Source of the DNA: Escherichia coli
GTDB lineage: Bacteria; Pseudomonadota; Gammaproteobacteria; Enterobacterales; Enterobacteriaceae
Length of the DNA: 64,000 nucleotides
Assembly (NCBI RefSeq): GCF_044324785.1
Contig: NZ_CP172127.1
Direction: 5' to 3' (one strand)
This document shows, one piece after another, positions 1 through 12,789 of this stretch. Position 1 is the first letter of the stretch, and each line of letters begins with the position of its first letter. Made by a program: the position numbers and the translations under genes. The notes beneath the pieces were generated by a model that was not told the origin of the DNA, made no database searches, and saw only the letters and a program-made list of their open reading frames with translations.

Positions 1-127
1 GGGAAAAGTTACGCGCGATGGTGTCGAGCAATGGCTGGGCGTAATAGTTGCTGGCGACCGCCAGACCGGTGGCGATAGACATCAGCACGATCAGTGCCGG
101 GCTAAGCTCATGGTTTGTTTTAGTCAT
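1..127 (-). CDS. ygaY: N-terminal fragment of an MFS-type transporter (ygaY-like); gene runs off the window edge
   Basis: Reverse-complement of 1..127 translates from ATG (125-127) as MTKTNHELSPALIVLMSIATGLAVASNYYAQPLLDTIARNF, a hydrophobic transporter-like N-terminus; position upstream of proX matches K-12 synteny. Confidence 0.55.
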   Translation of the reverse strand, partial: MTKTNHELSPALIVLMSIATGLAVASNYYAQPLLDTIARNFS

Positions 128-228
128 TATTTTTGTTCATCAGGTGATGATTAAGCTGGAAATCAATAATAGCGGATGTTGATGAATATGGGATGAAAGA
201 TAGATTGTTGAAATGTGCGGTGTGGTTT

Positions 229-309
229 GTAGGCGTGATAAGACGCGTCAGCGTCGCATCAGGCATTGTGTACAGAGCGGCGGATGAGGCGAAAACGCCT
301 TATCCGCCC
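229..309. repeat. Pair of REP (repetitive extragenic palindromic) units downstream of proX
   Basis: gtaggcgtgataagacgcgtcagcgtcgcatcaggc and cggcggatgaggcgaaaacgccttatccgcc both match the REP/PU family pattern. Confidence 0.7.
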
Positions 310-318
310 GAATAAAAA

Positions 319-1311
319 TTACTTCTGCGCTGCCAGCGCCTCATTCACCCAGCCATCGAACTGCTGCTGGTGGGCTTTGATCCAGCCATCAACGTGGCCC
401 TGAATATCGCCTTCTGAGGCTTTGCCGTCATGCATAATGGCGTTCTGGGCGTTAATATCTGCCACTGGCAACTGCATAATGGCAAACAGTTTCGCTGCCG
501 CCGGGTTTTTCTCGGCCCAGGCTTTGTTGGCAACGATATGCATGGTGCTGACCGGGAAGCCATAATTCGCACCATTCGGCAGTTTGGTATCGGCGTTTTT
601 ATCGCCTGGCAGTGCGGAGAACGGCACCTGCAACCAGACGACATCTTTGCCCGGCTTCAGTTCGTTACTCACCCAGTACGGCGTCCAGGTGTAGTAAAAC
701 ACCGGTTTGCCCTCTTTATAGCGACTGATGGTGTCGGCCATCATCGCTGCGTAGTTCCCCTGATTATGCGTCACGGTATTGGTCAGTTCATACGCGGCAA
801 GCTGGTGGTTGATGGCACCTTCGCAGCCCCAGCCTGGGTTACAGCCAGTTAAATCCGCTTTACCGTCGCCGTTGGTATCGAACAGTTTGGCGATCTTCGG
901 ATCTTTCAGTTGCGCGATGTTGGTGATTTTGTACTGGTCGGCGGTTTTCTTATCGATCAGGTAACCCTGTGCCGCGCCGTTAACGAATACCCCTTCACGA
1001 TAAAATTTCTTATCGCCACCGGCAGCTTCGTACATGTTGTCATGCAGCGGCGTCCAGTTCACGGCGGTGAAGGTTGCATCGCCGGAAGCAAGTGAGGTGT
1101 AGCCAACGTTGTAATCCACTTCGCTGGGTTTATTGACGGTATAACCTAATTTCTCCAGTGCACGACTGACCAGCAGCGTCTGGAAGGTTTCTTCAGTGAT
1201 GGTACTCTGAACTGGATTAACAGTAATGCCTTTGCCCGGCAGATCGGCTGCAAAAGTTTGTGTAGAGATAAGCGTGGCAAACGCTGTCGCAAAAAGTACG
1301 CTATGTCGCAT
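319..1311 (-). CDS. proX: Glycine betaine/proline ABC transporter, periplasmic binding protein ProX
   Basis: ORF 319..1353; start moved to the Met of [21 protein letters not shown] (signal peptide), giving 330 aa; last gene of proVWX. Confidence 0.93.
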
Positions 1312-1368
1312 TGTTATTCCTTTTTTTGGCAGGGTGATAATGCCCGGCGTCACCGGGCAAGTGCAGAG

Positions 1369-2433
1369 TTACTTAATGAATGGGCGGGTCAGCAGACCGA
1401 CAGGGCCAGTGGTGTACCAGCGACGGTTGCCGCGACTGCGTGAGTCGCGTCCAACGGCCTGCGTCAGGCGGTCGAGGATAATGGCGAGGATCACAATCCC
1501 GACGCCGCCAACGGTGGCAAGGCCCATATCCAGACGACCGATACCGCGAAGTACCATCTGACCCAGCCCGCCGACGGCAATCATCGAGGCGATGACCACC
1601 ATAGAAAGAGCCAGCATCAGCGTCTGGTTAACGCCCGCCATAATGGTCGGCATCGCCAGCGGTAACTGAACTTTGAACAGCATCTGGCGCGGGCTGGCAC
1701 CGAATGAGCGCGAGGCTTCAATCAGATCCGCCGGAACCTGGTTAATCCCCAGAATAGTCAGACGGATAATCGGCGGCAGAGCAAAGATGATCGTCACCAC
1801 CACGCCCGGCACGTTACCGATACCAAACAGCATGACGATTGGTACCAGATAAACAAACGCTGGCGTGGTCTGCATGGCATCAAGCAGTGGACGAATAATT
1901 TTCGCCGCTCGTGGACTTCTCGCCAGCCAGATCCCCAACGGCAAACCGATGACGATACAGAACAGCAGGGCGGTTAACACCAGCGCCAGAGTAACCATTG
2001 CCTGTGACCAGGCACCGATTGCGCCGATGGCAATCAGTGAAATCAGCGTCGCGACGCCCATTCCGACACCGGAAATTTGCCAGGCGATGAGAGCGAAAAC
2101 GATAATCGCCACCGGCGCAGGCATACCCAGCAGCAATTGCTGGAAACCGTTAAGGATGTAATCGACCGGAACGCGCACGCCCTGGAAGACCGGGCGAAAA
2201 TGAGTCACGACCCAGTCGATCCCTTCAGTGACCCAACTGTCGAGCGGGATCAGCGTCTTATGGAACGGATCGAGAATATTAAAATGCTCGACGTTTGGCG
2301 CAGGCGTACTGGTCAGCCAGTCAGCGCCACCGCCGTCAGTCGGTGCAGTCGCCGGTGTACCCCAGGCGTCTGCGGATTGTGCGGCACTGTCCGCCGCTGG
2401 CGTGGTATCCCACGGATTATTTTGATCAGCCAT
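1369..2433 (-). CDS. proW: Glycine betaine/proline ABC transporter permease ProW
   Basis: 354-aa polytopic membrane protein; 8-nt overlap with proV typical of the proU operon. Confidence 0.93.
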   Translation of the reverse strand: MADQNNPWDTTPAADSAAQSADAWGTPATAPTDGGGADWLTSTPAPNVEHFNILDPFHKTLIPLDSWVTEGIDWVVTHFRPVFQGVRVPVDYILNGFQQLLLGMPAPVAIIVFALIAWQISGVGMGVATLISLIAIGAIGAWSQAMVTLALVLTALLFCIVIGLPLGIWLARSPRAAKIIRPLLDAMQTTPAFVYLVPIVMLFGIGNVPGVVVTIIFALPPIIRLTILGINQVPADLIEASRSFGASPRQMLFKVQLPLAMPTIMAGVNQTLMLALSMVVIASMIAVGGLGQMVLRGIGRLDMGLATVGGVGIVILAIILDRLTQAVGRDSRSRGNRRWYTTGPVGLLTRPFIK

Positions 2434-3628
2434 TATTTACCCCCTCACGATCTAAAGCGCGCAGCAGCATTCCTTTCGAAATGATGCCGACATACTGTTG
2501 GTCCTCGTCGACCACGGGCACCGCACAGGGGGCCTGTCCGACATGAGAGAGCAACTCGCTAAGAGGCGTTTGCGCATCGACCGCTAATGGCGCATCAATC
2601 AGCGCCGCATCAAGACCTTGCTGCTGCGTTAACGCGGTTTTAAGCGAATCGATGGAGACTGCGCCGACAAACTTATTACCGCGTTCGATAACGTAGCCAT
2701 ATTCGCGATCTTCATCCTGCAATAATTTCAGTGCCGAACGTGGGCCGAAGCCAGGGGTTTTACGAATTAAGCCATTCGGTGTCCGGCGGGCAATATCTTT
2801 CGCACTGAATACCTGACTAATATCGACGCCGCGGAAGAAGGTACGGACATAATCATTCGCCGGATTATTGAGAATTTCATCCGGTGTGCCGACTTGTACC
2901 ACTTCACCATTTTGCATAATGGCAATTCGGTCGCCAATACGCATGGCTTCATCGAGATCGTGGGAAATAAAGACAATGGTGCGCTGATGTTTCGCCTGTA
3001 ATTTTACCAGCTCATCCTGCATCTCGGTGCGAATTAATGGATCGAGTGCCGAGAAGGCTTCGTCCATTAATAATATATCCGGATTAATCGCTAACGCGCG
3101 GGCTAATCCCACACGTTGACGCATCCCGCCAGAGAGTTCATCCGGGTAGCTGTGGGCATAATTTTCCAGCCCGACCTGACGCAGTGCATCAAGGGCTTTT
3201 TCACGGCGTTCTTCGGCATTAATTCCGGCCAGTTCCATACCGAACGCAGTATTGTCCAGCACGGTCATATGCGGCATTAAGGCAAAGGACTGGAAGACCA
3301 TCGCAATCTTTTTTCTGCGCACCTCACGGAGTTCGGCGTCGGATATTTTGGCAATATCCACACCATCAATCAGCACTTGCCCGCGGGTGGGTTCAATCAG
3401 GCGATTGAGAAGGCGTACCATTGTGGATTTACCCGAACCGGATAATCCCATGATGACAAATATCTCGCCTTCTTCAATGGCCAGACTGGCGTCTTTTACG
3501 CCAAGCGATAGCCCAGTTTTTTCCAGAATTTGTTCTTTTGAAAGTCCTTGTTCGATATATTTGAAAGCTCGCTGTGGATGCTCACCAAATATTTTATAAA
3601 GATTTTTAATTTCTAATTTAATTGCCAT
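2426..3628 (-). CDS. proV: Glycine betaine/proline ABC transporter ATPase ProV
   Basis: 400 aa with Walker [13 protein letters not shown] signature LSGGMRQR and C-terminal CBS-type region. Confidence 0.95.
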   Translation of the reverse strand: MAIKLEIKNLYKIFGEHPQRAFKYIEQGLSKEQILEKTGLSLGVKDASLAIEEGEIFVIMGLSGSGKSTMVRLLNRLIEPTRGQVLIDGVDIAKISDAELREVRRKKIAMVFQSFALMPHMTVLDNTAFGMELAGINAEERREKALDALRQVGLENYAHSYPDELSGGMRQRVGLARALAINPDILLMDEAFSALDPLIRTEMQDELVKLQAKHQRTIVFISHDLDEAMRIGDRIAIMQNGEVVQVGTPDEILNNPANDYVRTFFRGVDISQVFSAKDIARRTPNGLIRKTPGFGPRSALKLLQDEDREYGYVIERGNKFVGAVSIDSLKTALTQQQGLDAALIDAPLAVDAQTPLSELLSHVGQAPCAVPVVDEDQQYVGIISKGMLLRALDREGVNNG

Positions 3629-3983
3629 GCAATAGAAAGATTCCTGTTATTTGTTTATGTCGATACATTACCCAATGGAAATAGTCACTTTTTTCTACCC
3701 TAACATACTGAGAATCTGAGGCAACCCCTGATGGCAAATGTGGCATGAATATTGATGTGAGCAAATCGCCGGAATTTCCCATGATATAAGGGCTGAGAGC
3801 AAATCGAGAAAAGTTGATATTTTTTGTCAAAGATAGCGAAAAAACGCCTGAATATTGTGGTTTCAGGCGAATAATGCAACAGAGTGTCAGTGTAGATCAC
3901 CACAAAATATTTGCGTGATAAAAAGCTATTTGGCGGGAATTATTTCCCTGCTGCGGGTAGTGATATTTTTGAAAATAACCCCC

Positions 3984-4952
<969 letters not shown>

Positions 4953-7097
4953 TTAAAGTGCACAGGAGACGCAGCCTTCAATTTCAGTGCCTTCCAGCGC
5001 CATCTGACGCAGGCGGATGTAGTAGAGCGTTTTGATACCCTTGCGCCAGGCGTAAATCTGCGCTTTGTTGATATCGCGAGTGGTGGCGGTATCGGGGAAA
5101 AACAGCGTCAGCGACAGCCCCTGATCGACATGGCGAGTCGCTTCCGCGTAGGTGTCGATGATCTTTTCTGCGCCAATTTCGTAAGCGTCCTGATACAGCG
5201 CCAGATTTTCGTTAGTCATAAATGGGGCAGGGTAGTAAACGCGTCCTGTTTTGCCCTCTTTGCGTATCTCTACTTTCGCCACAATCGGATGAATACTCGA
5301 CGTGGCATGGTTGATATAAGAGATAGAACCGGTTGGCGGCACCGCCTGAAGATTCTGGTTGTAAATGCCGTAGCGCATCACGTCGTCGCGCAGCTGCGCC
5401 CACATCTCACGGGTAGGTAACGTAATACCGCTGCGGGCAAACAGTTCGCCAACTTTCGCCGTTTTCGGCTGCCAGTTCCCTTGCAGATATTGGCTAAAAT
5501 ATTCACCACTGGCATAGCGTGACTGTTTGAACCCGGCGAAGGTTTCACCGCGTTCGCGCGCCAGCAACATCGAGGTACGCAGTGCGTGCCAGGTGATGGT
5601 ATAGAAATAGAGATTGGTGAAATCCAGAGCTTCCGGCGAACCATAGGCGATGCCTTCTCGCGCCAGGTAACCGTGTAAATTCATCTGCCCCAGACCGATG
5701 GCATGCGAGGCGGCATTTCCGGCTTCGATGGACGGCACGCTGCGGATATGGCTCATATCTGACACCGCTGTTAAACCGCGTACGGCAGTCTCTACCGTGC
5801 GGGCAAAGTCGGGGGAATCCATGGTGTGGGCAATATTCAACGAACCTAAATTGCAGGAAATATCATGGCCTGTGCGGGCATAGTCGAGATTCTCGTCATA
5901 CTCTGAGGCGCTGTTAACCTGCAAAATTTCTGAGCAGAGATTGCTCATATTTATGCGCCCGGCGATAGGGTTAGCACGGTTTACCGTGTCTTCATACATG
6001 ATGTAGGGATAGCCGGACTCAAACTGGATTTCTGCCAGTCGCTGGAAGAAATCACGGGCGTTGAGGTATTTTTTGCGGATGCGTTCATCGGCAACCAGTT
6101 CGTCATAGTGTTCGCTGATGGCGATATCAGCAAACGGCTTGCCATAAACCCGCTCAACGTCATAAGGCGAAAACAGTGCCATCTGCGCATTCTCTTTTGC
6201 CAGATGGAAAGTGATATCCGGGATCACCACGCCCAGCGACAGTGTTTTAATGCGGATTTTCTCGTCGGCATTTTCCCGTTTCGTATCGAGAAAACGCAGA
6301 ATATCGGGATGATGGGCATGTAAATAGACTGCGCCAGCCCCCTGACGAGCGCCGAGTTGGTTGGCATAGGAAAATGCGTCTTCCAGCATTTTCATCACCG
6401 GAATTACGCCAGAAGATTGATTTTCAATACGTTTAATTGGCGCGCCCGCTTCCCGCAGATTCGACAGCAAAAATGCTACGCCGCCGCCGCGTTTCGACAG
6501 TTGCAGTGCGGAATTTACCGCCCGACCAATCGACTCCATATTGTCTTCAATACGCAGCAAAAAACAGGAAACCAGTTCGCCGCGCTGCTGCTTACCGCAG
6601 TTGAGGAATGTTGGCGTGGCTGGCTGAAAGCGTCCTGACAGCATCTCATCAGTGAGCTGCGCCGCCAGTGTTTCATCGCCTTGTGCCAGCGTCAGCGCCA
6701 CCATCGTGACGCGATCGGCAAAATCTTCCAGATAAAGCTTACCGTCGAATGTCTTCAACGTATAGCTGGTGTAAAACTTCCATGCTCCGAGGAATGTCTG
6801 GAAACGAAACCCGCTGGCGTGCGCGTGGGCAAACAGCGTAATGACAAAATCGCGAGAGTAGCGATTAAGGACACTTTCATCATAGTAACCTTCGTTAACC
6901 AGCCAGTTCAGGCGCTGCTGCTGGCTACTGAAGGCCACACTGTTCGGACGCACATGCGTCGCAATAAAGGCGTCAACGGCCTGGCGGTCTTTATCGAACT
7001 GAATGCGACCTGCGCTATCGTAAAGGTTAAGCATCGCATTCAGAGCGTGATAATCCATCGTTTCCTGCGTCAGGCGTTCTACGGTTGTCGTTGCCAA
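4953..7097 (-). CDS. nrdE: Class Ib ribonucleotide reductase alpha subunit NrdE
   Basis: 714-aa RNR large subunit ending in the C-terminal cysteine pair (…GCVSCAL). Confidence 0.95.
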   Translation of the reverse strand: MATTTVERLTQETMDYHALNAMLNLYDSAGRIQFDKDRQAVDAFIATHVRPNSVAFSSQQQRLNWLVNEGYYDESVLNRYSRDFVITLFAHAHASGFRFQTFLGAWKFYTSYTLKTFDGKLYLEDFADRVTMVALTLAQGDETLAAQLTDEMLSGRFQPATPTFLNCGKQQRGELVSCFLLRIEDNMESIGRAVNSALQLSKRGGGVAFLLSNLREAGAPIKRIENQSSGVIPVMKMLEDAFSYANQLGARQGAGAVYLHAHHPDILRFLDTKRENADEKIRIKTLSLGVVIPDITFHLAKENAQMALFSPYDVERVYGKPFADIAISEHYDELVADERIRKKYLNARDFFQRLAEIQFESGYPYIMYEDTVNRANPIAGRINMSNLCSEILQVNSASEYDENLDYARTGHDISCNLGSLNIAHTMDSPDFARTVETAVRGLTAVSDMSHIRSVPSIEAGNAASHAIGLGQMNLHGYLAREGIAYGSPEALDFTNLYFYTITWHALRTSMLLARERGETFAGFKQSRYASGEYFSQYLQGNWQPKTAKVGELFARSGITLPTREMWAQLRDDVMRYGIYNQNLQAVPPTGSISYINHATSSIHPIVAKVEIRKEGKTGRVYYPAPFMTNENLALYQDAYEIGAEKIIDTYAEATRHVDQGLSLTLFFPDTATTRDINKAQIYAWRKGIKTLYYIRLRQMALEGTEIEGCVSCAL

Positions 7098-7480
7098 AAT
7101 TCGGTTACTCCTTTACGAACGTTTTCGATATCGCTTTGCGTACCCATGAGTTCAAAGCGGTACAGCCACGGCACGCCGCATTTCCGGGCTATCACATCTC
7201 CGGCGCGGCCATACGCCTCACCAAAGTTGCGATTACCCGAAGCAATAACGCCGCGCAGCAACACCCGGTTGTGCTCGTCGTTTAAAAAGCGAATGACCTG
7301 TCGTGGCACTGCGCCAGCCGTACCGCCGCCGCCGTAAGAGGGCACGATCAGGATGTAAGGTTCGTCTACCTGAATCCGTTCCCGCTCATTGAGCGGGATG
7401 CGCACCGCGGGCAGTCCTAAACGTTCGATAAAACGCTGCGTATTTTCGGAGCTACTGGAGAAGTAGACGAGCTGGCTCAT
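7079..7480 (-). CDS. nrdI: Flavodoxin-like NrdI
   Basis: 133-aa ORF between nrdH and nrdE, overlapping both; exact start uncertain (the real start may be a non-ATG codon upstream). Confidence 0.85.
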   Translation of the reverse strand: MSQLVYFSSSSENTQRFIERLGLPAVRIPLNERERIQVDEPYILIVPSYGGGGTAGAVPRQVIRFLNDEHNRVLLRGVIASGNRNFGEAYGRAGDVIARKCGVPWLYRFELMGTQSDIENVRKGVTEFWQRQP

Positions 7481-7722
7481 GCACTGGCCGCGTGTGGTGC
7501 TGGATGCAGACGGTTGATCATGTCCGGGCGGAAACCAGACCAGCTAAGATCGCCAGCAATCACTACCGGCAACTGACGAAAGCCCTGAGCACGCAGCACT
7601 TCCGCCGCTTCAGGAACGCGATCGACATTAATCATTTCAAAGTCAAAGCCCCGGGTTTCCATCGCCCGTTTGGTGGCGTGGCACTGAACGCAATCGTTAC
7701 GAGTGTAAATAGTAATGCGCAT
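7477..7722 (-). CDS. nrdH: Glutaredoxin-like protein NrdH
   Basis: 81 aa with redox motif CVQC; first gene of nrdHIEF. Confidence 0.93.
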   Translation of the reverse strand: MRITIYTRNDCVQCHATKRAMETRGFDFEMINVDRVPEAAEVLRAQGFRQLPVVIAGDLSWSGFRPDMINRLHPAPHAASA

Positions 7723-7908
7723 GATTCGTATTTCCGTTTAAAATGAAGATACGGCGCGATGATACGCGTCGGGTTGTCTCTCTGTTGATACAGAGATACT
7801 AGATGTAGTTGAAAAAAGATTCAACCACACAATATATAGCAAATAGTGGTCGAAATTACCCTGGGTATGAGCGTGACGGGGTAGGGGGATTTTTGTGATT
7901 CACCAGGC

Positions 7909-7940
7909 AAAAAGAAACCCCGAAGCCAGGCTTCGGGGTT
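7909..7940 (-). terminator. Rho-independent terminator downstream of ygaM
   Basis: Hairpin aaccccgaagcc/ggcttcggggtt followed by a T-run on the minus strand. Confidence 0.6.
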
Positions 7941-7968
7941 AAAGACGCGTATTTATTATCATGTTGCA

Positions 7969-8298
7969 CTACGATTTGCGCATGCTTAACAGTGCGCCGA
8001 TAAAAATACCTACCGCAGCTGCTGTACCCACGCTACACCAGGGTCTTTCACGAACAAAAGAATCCGCGCAGCCAACGGCATCACGCGCGGCTTGCTGGAC
8101 GCGAGTACGACCATGCATTCGCGCCCTGGTTTCTTTCAGTAGAGCCTGCGCTTTACTGCGTGCGGCTTCAGCTTCCCCTTTAGCGTCGCTGCCCCAGGAC
8201 TTCAACACAGATTCGAGGCTGTCAGCTAATTGATTGACATCATTCTGGATATCCTGCACGCCATCATCGACGTCGTTGCGGTTCGGTCGGTTAAACAT
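7969..8298 (-). CDS. ygaM: ElaB/YqjD-family membrane-anchored ribosome-associated protein YgaM
   Basis: ORF 7969..8310; the second Met (MFNRPNRNDV…) gives about 109 aa; C-terminal transmembrane anchor. Confidence 0.8.
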   Translation of the reverse strand: MFNRPNRNDVDDGVQDIQNDVNQLADSLESVLKSWGSDAKGEAEAARSKAQALLKETRARMHGRTRVQQAARDAVGCADSFVRERPWCSVGTAAAVGIFIGALLSMRKS

Positions 8299-8449
8299 AT
8301 GATCCCCCATTAGAATTCGATGTAATTTTCAGTGTAGACCATAATTTTCTTAACTGAGGTTCATCGCGGCTTTATGGACTTTTCTGAAAGCGTTGTGAAT
8401 GCGCAATCAGGTAAGGTAGGCCCGCGGTTGATAATAACGAGGATCAAAT

Positions 8450-8794
8450 ATGTATTTACGACCAGACGAGGTGGCGCGCGTACTTGAAAAAGTCGGTTTT
8501 ACTGTCGATGTGGTAACTCAGAAAGCGTATGGTTACCGCCGTGGGGAAAATTATGTCTATGTTAATCGCGAAGCGCGAATGGGACGTACCGCCCTGGTAA
8601 TTCATCCAACATTAAAAGAACGCAGTTCAACACTGGCTGAACCCGCTTCCGATATTAAAACTTGCGATCATTACCAGCAATTTCCGCTCTATTTAGCGGG
8701 TGAACGTCATGAGCATTACGGTATCCCGCATGGCTTTAGTTCGCGTGTTGCGCTTGAACGTTATTTGAATGGTTTATTTGGCGAAGCCAGTTAA
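8450..8794 (+). CDS. ygaC: Uncharacterized protein YgaC
   Basis: 114-aa ORF in the K-12-syntenic position between ygaM and alaE. Confidence 0.8.
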
Positions 8795-8830
8795 AGACGC
8801 GACTGGCGATGCCAGTCGCGAAAAGAAGGG

Positions 8831-9280
8831 TCAGGCTTTTACCTGCTGGTAACGGCTGACTTTAAACAGTCGGCGGCAATAATCGAGGAAGTAGCCATAA
8901 ACCGCCCCCATCAACATCGAAACAACGATGTTTGAACTGACCGCCGCCATAATCTGATGCCAGTCTGCGCCCACCACTAACAAGATCGCCACATACACCG
9001 GTGACTGGAACGTCACATAAGCCATGATATCCGCCAGATTTTTTATCCAGCCCGACGGGCTAACTTTGCGTGCTGCGCGCATAAACAGATCGCGGTACAT
9101 ACCGTATGGCCATGCAATTAAGATGTTCACCGGAATCGCTACCAATCTGGAATAAAGAGACTGTTCGAAGCTCATTCCGGAGAGGAAAACTTCAATACAC
9201 ATGTTCACGACAGAACAGTAAACAACCATCGCGAACGTATCTGCAACTGCATGACGCAAGCGTGACTGCGGTGAGAACAT
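8831..9280 (-). CDS. alaE: L-alanine exporter AlaE (YgaW)
   Basis: 149-aa small membrane protein next to stpA. Confidence 0.85.
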   Translation of the reverse strand: MFSPQSRLRHAVADTFAMVVYCSVVNMCIEVFLSGMSFEQSLYSRLVAIPVNILIAWPYGMYRDLFMRAARKVSPSGWIKNLADIMAYVTFQSPVYVAILLVVGADWHQIMAAVSSNIVVSMLMGAVYGYFLDYCRRLFKVSRYQQVKA

Positions 9281-9947
9281 GCTAATGCTCCTTAATAAAA
9301 GCGTAATGGGACGTTAATGGAGATGAAAGCAGTGGATCTCATTGCCATCTGCATTTTCGCATAGCGTATATCGCTGGCTATGACTAATCAATTAGTGAAA
9401 AATTTTTATTTAAACTGTTTTTGTAGATAAAATATTCCGTAACGGCGCGTTTTTTGTACATTGTGGATTTTTACATGCCGATATGGTTTATTTTCAATTT
9501 AATCAATTAGATATGATCCTGCCTTTAATTACACTAATGAAAGTTTGGGGGTGAGATAACGCTATAAGCGTAGAGAATTCGGTGTATGTCGTGACCGGGT
9601 CATTTTCAGCATTTTTTATGCCAGAAAATGTACATTGACAGCAGAAAGCACCAGTGAGGGGTGTTTCCATTTATTCAGTTAAATTGCATTTTTATTCATT
9701 TTTGTTTTGTCAGGCTTGCGGAATTAGCGAGCAGAGAGCGCCGCTCTGCTCACAAATAACCTAAATTACTCATCAAAATGGCTAATATATAATCTTGAAA
9801 TTATTCTGAGAGTTTCAGAAAATAACAGCTGAAATAATCTCGCGCAGGACTGTAAATAGATTAAATTTTGTGGAAATATAATAAGTGATCGCTTACACTA
9901 CGCGACGAAATACTTTTTTGTTTTGGCGTTAAAAGGTTTTCTTTATT

Positions 9948-10352
9948 ATGTCCGTAATGTTACAAAGTTTAAATAACATTCGCACTCTCCGTGCGATGGC
10001 TCGCGAATTCTCCATTGACGTTCTTGAAGAAATGCTCGAAAAATTCAGGGTTGTCACTAAAGAAAGACGTGAAGAAGAAGAACAGCAGCAGCGTGAACTG
10101 GCAGAGCGCCAGGAAAAAATTAGTACCTGGCTGGAGCTGATGAAAGCTGACGGAATTAACCCGGAAGAGTTATTGGGTAATAGCTCTGCTGCTGCACCAC
10201 GCGCTGGTAAAAAACGCCAGCCGCGTCCGGCAAAATATAAATTCACCGATGTTAACGGTGAAACTAAAACCTGGACCGGTCAGGGTCGTACACCGAAGCC
10301 AATCGCTCAGGCGCTGGCAGAAGGTAAATCTCTCGACGATTTCCTGATCTAA
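9948..10352 (+). CDS. stpA: H-NS paralog StpA, nucleoid-associated DNA-binding protein and RNA chaperone
   Basis: 134 aa, [33 protein letters not shown]… with the H-NS-type C-terminal DNA-binding motif TWTGQGRTP. Confidence 0.95.
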   Translation: MSVMLQSLNNIRTLRAMAREFSIDVLEEMLEKFRVVTKERREEEEQQQRELAERQEKISTWLELMKADGINPEELLGNSSAAAPRAGKKRQPRPAKYKFTDVNGETKTWTGQGRTPKPIAQALAEGKSLDDFLI

Positions 10353-10398
10353 TTACTGAGGCCGGATGCCGCCGCTATGGCGCGTCCGGCGTCGCTTC

Positions 10399-10923
10399 TC
10401 AAGCTCGTTGGTTCCACGGCATCTTACCTAACAACCTTGCCATCCCACAAAAACCGCTAATTCCTGCAAACAGTAACCCGGCACCAACAAAGCCGCTTAA
10501 TAAGAAGAAACCGCTATTTACGGTATAACCTAGTATAACTCCGATTAATATTAAACCACCCGCAGCGATCTGCACCTGGCGCATTAACGGCAAGGGTTGA
10601 GATTTATTTACCGCTACTGGTAATCCTGCTTTTTTCCAGCCATCAATCCCATCTTCGAGTAAAAAGATTTCTGCGGGGGCGGCAATCGCTGCTAATTTAT
10701 CGGCGTTATTACTGGTGCGTTTACCTGCCTGGCAGTGGAATATAATTTGCTCGTGACGTAATTTAGCCGGAAGACCTGACTGTTCCAGCACGGATAATGG
10801 AGCCAGATCTGCTTCAGGAATATGCTCACGAAGATATTCATCAGCGTCACGAATATCGATTAACTTTGCGCCGCGTGCGATTAATTCTTGTGCATCATGC
10901 GGCGAAATGGTTGTCAAAGCCAT
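10399..10923 (-). CDS. ygaP: Rhodanese-domain inner membrane protein YgaP
   Basis: 174 aa; N-terminal rhodanese fold with active-site Cys (…FHCQAGKRT…) and C-terminal transmembrane helices. Confidence 0.85.
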   Translation of the reverse strand: MALTTISPHDAQELIARGAKLIDIRDADEYLREHIPEADLAPLSVLEQSGLPAKLRHEQIIFHCQAGKRTSNNADKLAAIAAPAEIFLLEDGIDGWKKAGLPVAVNKSQPLPLMRQVQIAAGGLILIGVILGYTVNSGFFLLSGFVGAGLLFAGISGFCGMARLLGKMPWNQRA

Positions 10924-10932
10924 AGTGACTCC

Positions 10933-11232
10933 TTACGGACAATAGACATTTTTCAGGGTGGCGATAATGGCATTTACCGCCTCATTTTTAATGGAATATA
11001 GAATGCGTTGGGCATCCCGTTGGCTGTCGATAAGCCCTTCGTCCCGCATACGAGCGAGATGCTGTGATGTTGCAGAGGCACTCAGTCCGGTAATGCGCGT
11101 CAGCTCTCCCGCGCTCGTGCCGGGGGAACCGCTAAGCATGCACAGAATCAGCAACCGTTTAGGGTGGCTCATTGCTTTCAATAAGGCCGCTGCCTGTTCG
11201 GCACTGGCCTGTAATTGCGCGAGTTCAGTCAT
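10933..11232 (-). CDS. ygaV: ArsR/SmtB-family transcriptional regulator YgaV
   Basis: 99-aa winged-helix protein immediately upstream of ygaP. Confidence 0.85.
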   Translation of the reverse strand: MTELAQLQASAEQAAALLKAMSHPKRLLILCMLSGSPGTSAGELTRITGLSASATSQHLARMRDEGLIDSQRDAQRILYSIKNEAVNAIIATLKNVYCP

Positions 11233-11414
11233 AGTTATTTAAGTGTTTTCTAAATTAAGTAAACTCTAAACTAAAAATGCAACATATACCAGCATCAGCA
11301 GCGTAAATGAGAGTAAAAGCGTAAGCTGAAACTGGCAGGCTCCGCTAAAATTACTACGCTTAAGAGATAAAATCTCTTTTTAAACAATGAGTAATTTTCT
11401 TATAGGGAGTACAT

Positions 11415-11573
11415 ATGGGTTTCTGGAGAATCGTCATCACCATTATTCTGCCGCCGCTCGGCGTGCTGCTCGGTAAAGGGTTCGGTTGGGCGTTCATTAT
11501 TAATATTCTGCTTACACTGCTTGGCTATATCCCCGGTTTGATTCACGCGTTCTGGGTGCAAACCCGCGATTAA
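11415..11573 (+). CDS. yqaE: Small membrane protein YqaE (Pmp3/UPF0057 family)
   Basis: 52-aa ORF MGFWRIVITIILPPLGVLLGKGFGWAFIINILLTLLGYIPGLIHAFWVQTRD, below the ORF-track length cutoff; found by reading the sequence. Confidence 0.85.
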   Translation: MGFWRIVITIILPPLGVLLGKGFGWAFIINILLTLLGYIPGLIHAFWVQTRD

Positions 11574-11656
11574 ACTTGTCCTCACCCCCGCGGCGTTAAC
11601 GCGCCGCGTTCCTCTGCTACACTTTCTGAGTGTTTCCGTTAACGAATGAGGTAGCT

Positions 11657-12106
11657 ATGGGTCTGTTCAATTTTGTGAAAGATGCCGGAGAAAAACTCTG
11701 GGACGCGGTTACAGGTCAGCACGATAAAGACGATCAGGCGAAGAAGGTGCAGGAGCATCTGAACAAAACCGGTATACCTGATGCCGATAAAGTGAACATT
11801 CAAATTGCCGACGGCAAAGCGACGGTCACTGGTGACGGCTTAAGTCAGGAGACAAAGGAGAAAATCCTTGTTGCGGTGGGGAATATTTCCGGTATTGCCA
11901 GTGTCGATGATCAGGTGAAAACGGCGACACCAGCCACTGCCAGCCAGTTTTATACCGTTAAGTCTGGCGACACTCTGAGTGCCATTTCCAAACAGGTCTA
12001 CGGTAACGCCAATCTGTACAATAAAATCTTCGAAGCGAATAAACCGATGCTAAAAAGCCCGGATAAAATTTACCCGGGGCAAGTGTTGCGTATTCCTGAA
12101 GAGTAG
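11657..12106 (+). CDS. ygaU: BON- and LysM-domain protein YgaU (Kbp)
   Basis: ORF 11630..12106; start set at [15 protein letters not shown] with RBS gaggtag; C-terminal LysM (…[31 protein letters not shown]…); 149 aa. Confidence 0.88.
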   Translation: MGLFNFVKDAGEKLWDAVTGQHDKDDQAKKVQEHLNKTGIPDADKVNIQIADGKATVTGDGLSQETKEKILVAVGNISGIASVDDQVKTATPATASQFYTVKSGDTLSAISKQVYGNANLYNKIFEANKPMLKSPDKIYPGQVLRIPEE

Positions 12107-12769
12107 TTAATTGCCATCCATTGCCTGCTGGATAATGGGAATTGGCGTCAGTAAATGCTGGCGCATTAACTCACTGGCGCGCGCGGTATCTCGCGCCAGT
12201 ACCGCCGCAGTCAGGGTCTGGTGCTGATCGTGTTTATCCTCCAGCATCTCCACCGAAAGCACTGTTCGCCGCAGCCAGATAAATCGATAGCGCGCCGCCA
12301 GATCAAACAACCGTTCACGCATTTGCAGCAAATAGTGAGAACCACAGCCCGCCACAATTGCAGTATGAAACGCCTGATGACGCAGATCCCACTCATCAAG
12401 CATTTTCTCACTGGCGTCACAGGCCTCAAGTTTACTGAGCAGATGCGCTTTTGCGAGAACGTCTGCCTCCCACTCATCGCCACCGCGGGCAATCGCCAGA
12501 CTGACCAGCATCGCTTCCATATTGGCGCGGGCGTCGAAAATATCGAGCAGTTCCTGTTCTGACATAGACGCCACCCGATACCCTTTTTGATTCACCACCG
12601 TGACCAGTCGTTCTGCTACCAGTTGCGAAAGCGCTTCCCGCAACGGCCCAACGCCAAGTGCATAACGCGATGTCAGCAAACTCATCCGTAATTTTTCATC
12701 CGGTTGAAAATTACCGCGAATAATATCGTTCTTCAGCCAGCGATAGCCATCCAGAGACGTAATGGTCAT
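12107..12769 (-). CDS. csiR: GntR/FadR-family repressor CsiR (GabC)
   Basis: ORF 12107..12787; start at MTITSLDGYRWLKNDIIRGNF with RBS ggag; directly downstream of gabP. Confidence 0.88.
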   Translation of the reverse strand: MTITSLDGYRWLKNDIIRGNFQPDEKLRMSLLTSRYALGVGPLREALSQLVAERLVTVVNQKGYRVASMSEQELLDIFDARANMEAMLVSLAIARGGDEWEADVLAKAHLLSKLEACDASEKMLDEWDLRHQAFHTAIVAGCGSHYLLQMRERLFDLAARYRFIWLRRTVLSVEMLEDKHDQHQTLTAAVLARDTARASELMRQHLLTPIPIIQQAMDGN

Positions 12770-12789
12770 GGTGTGACTCCTGATCATTA

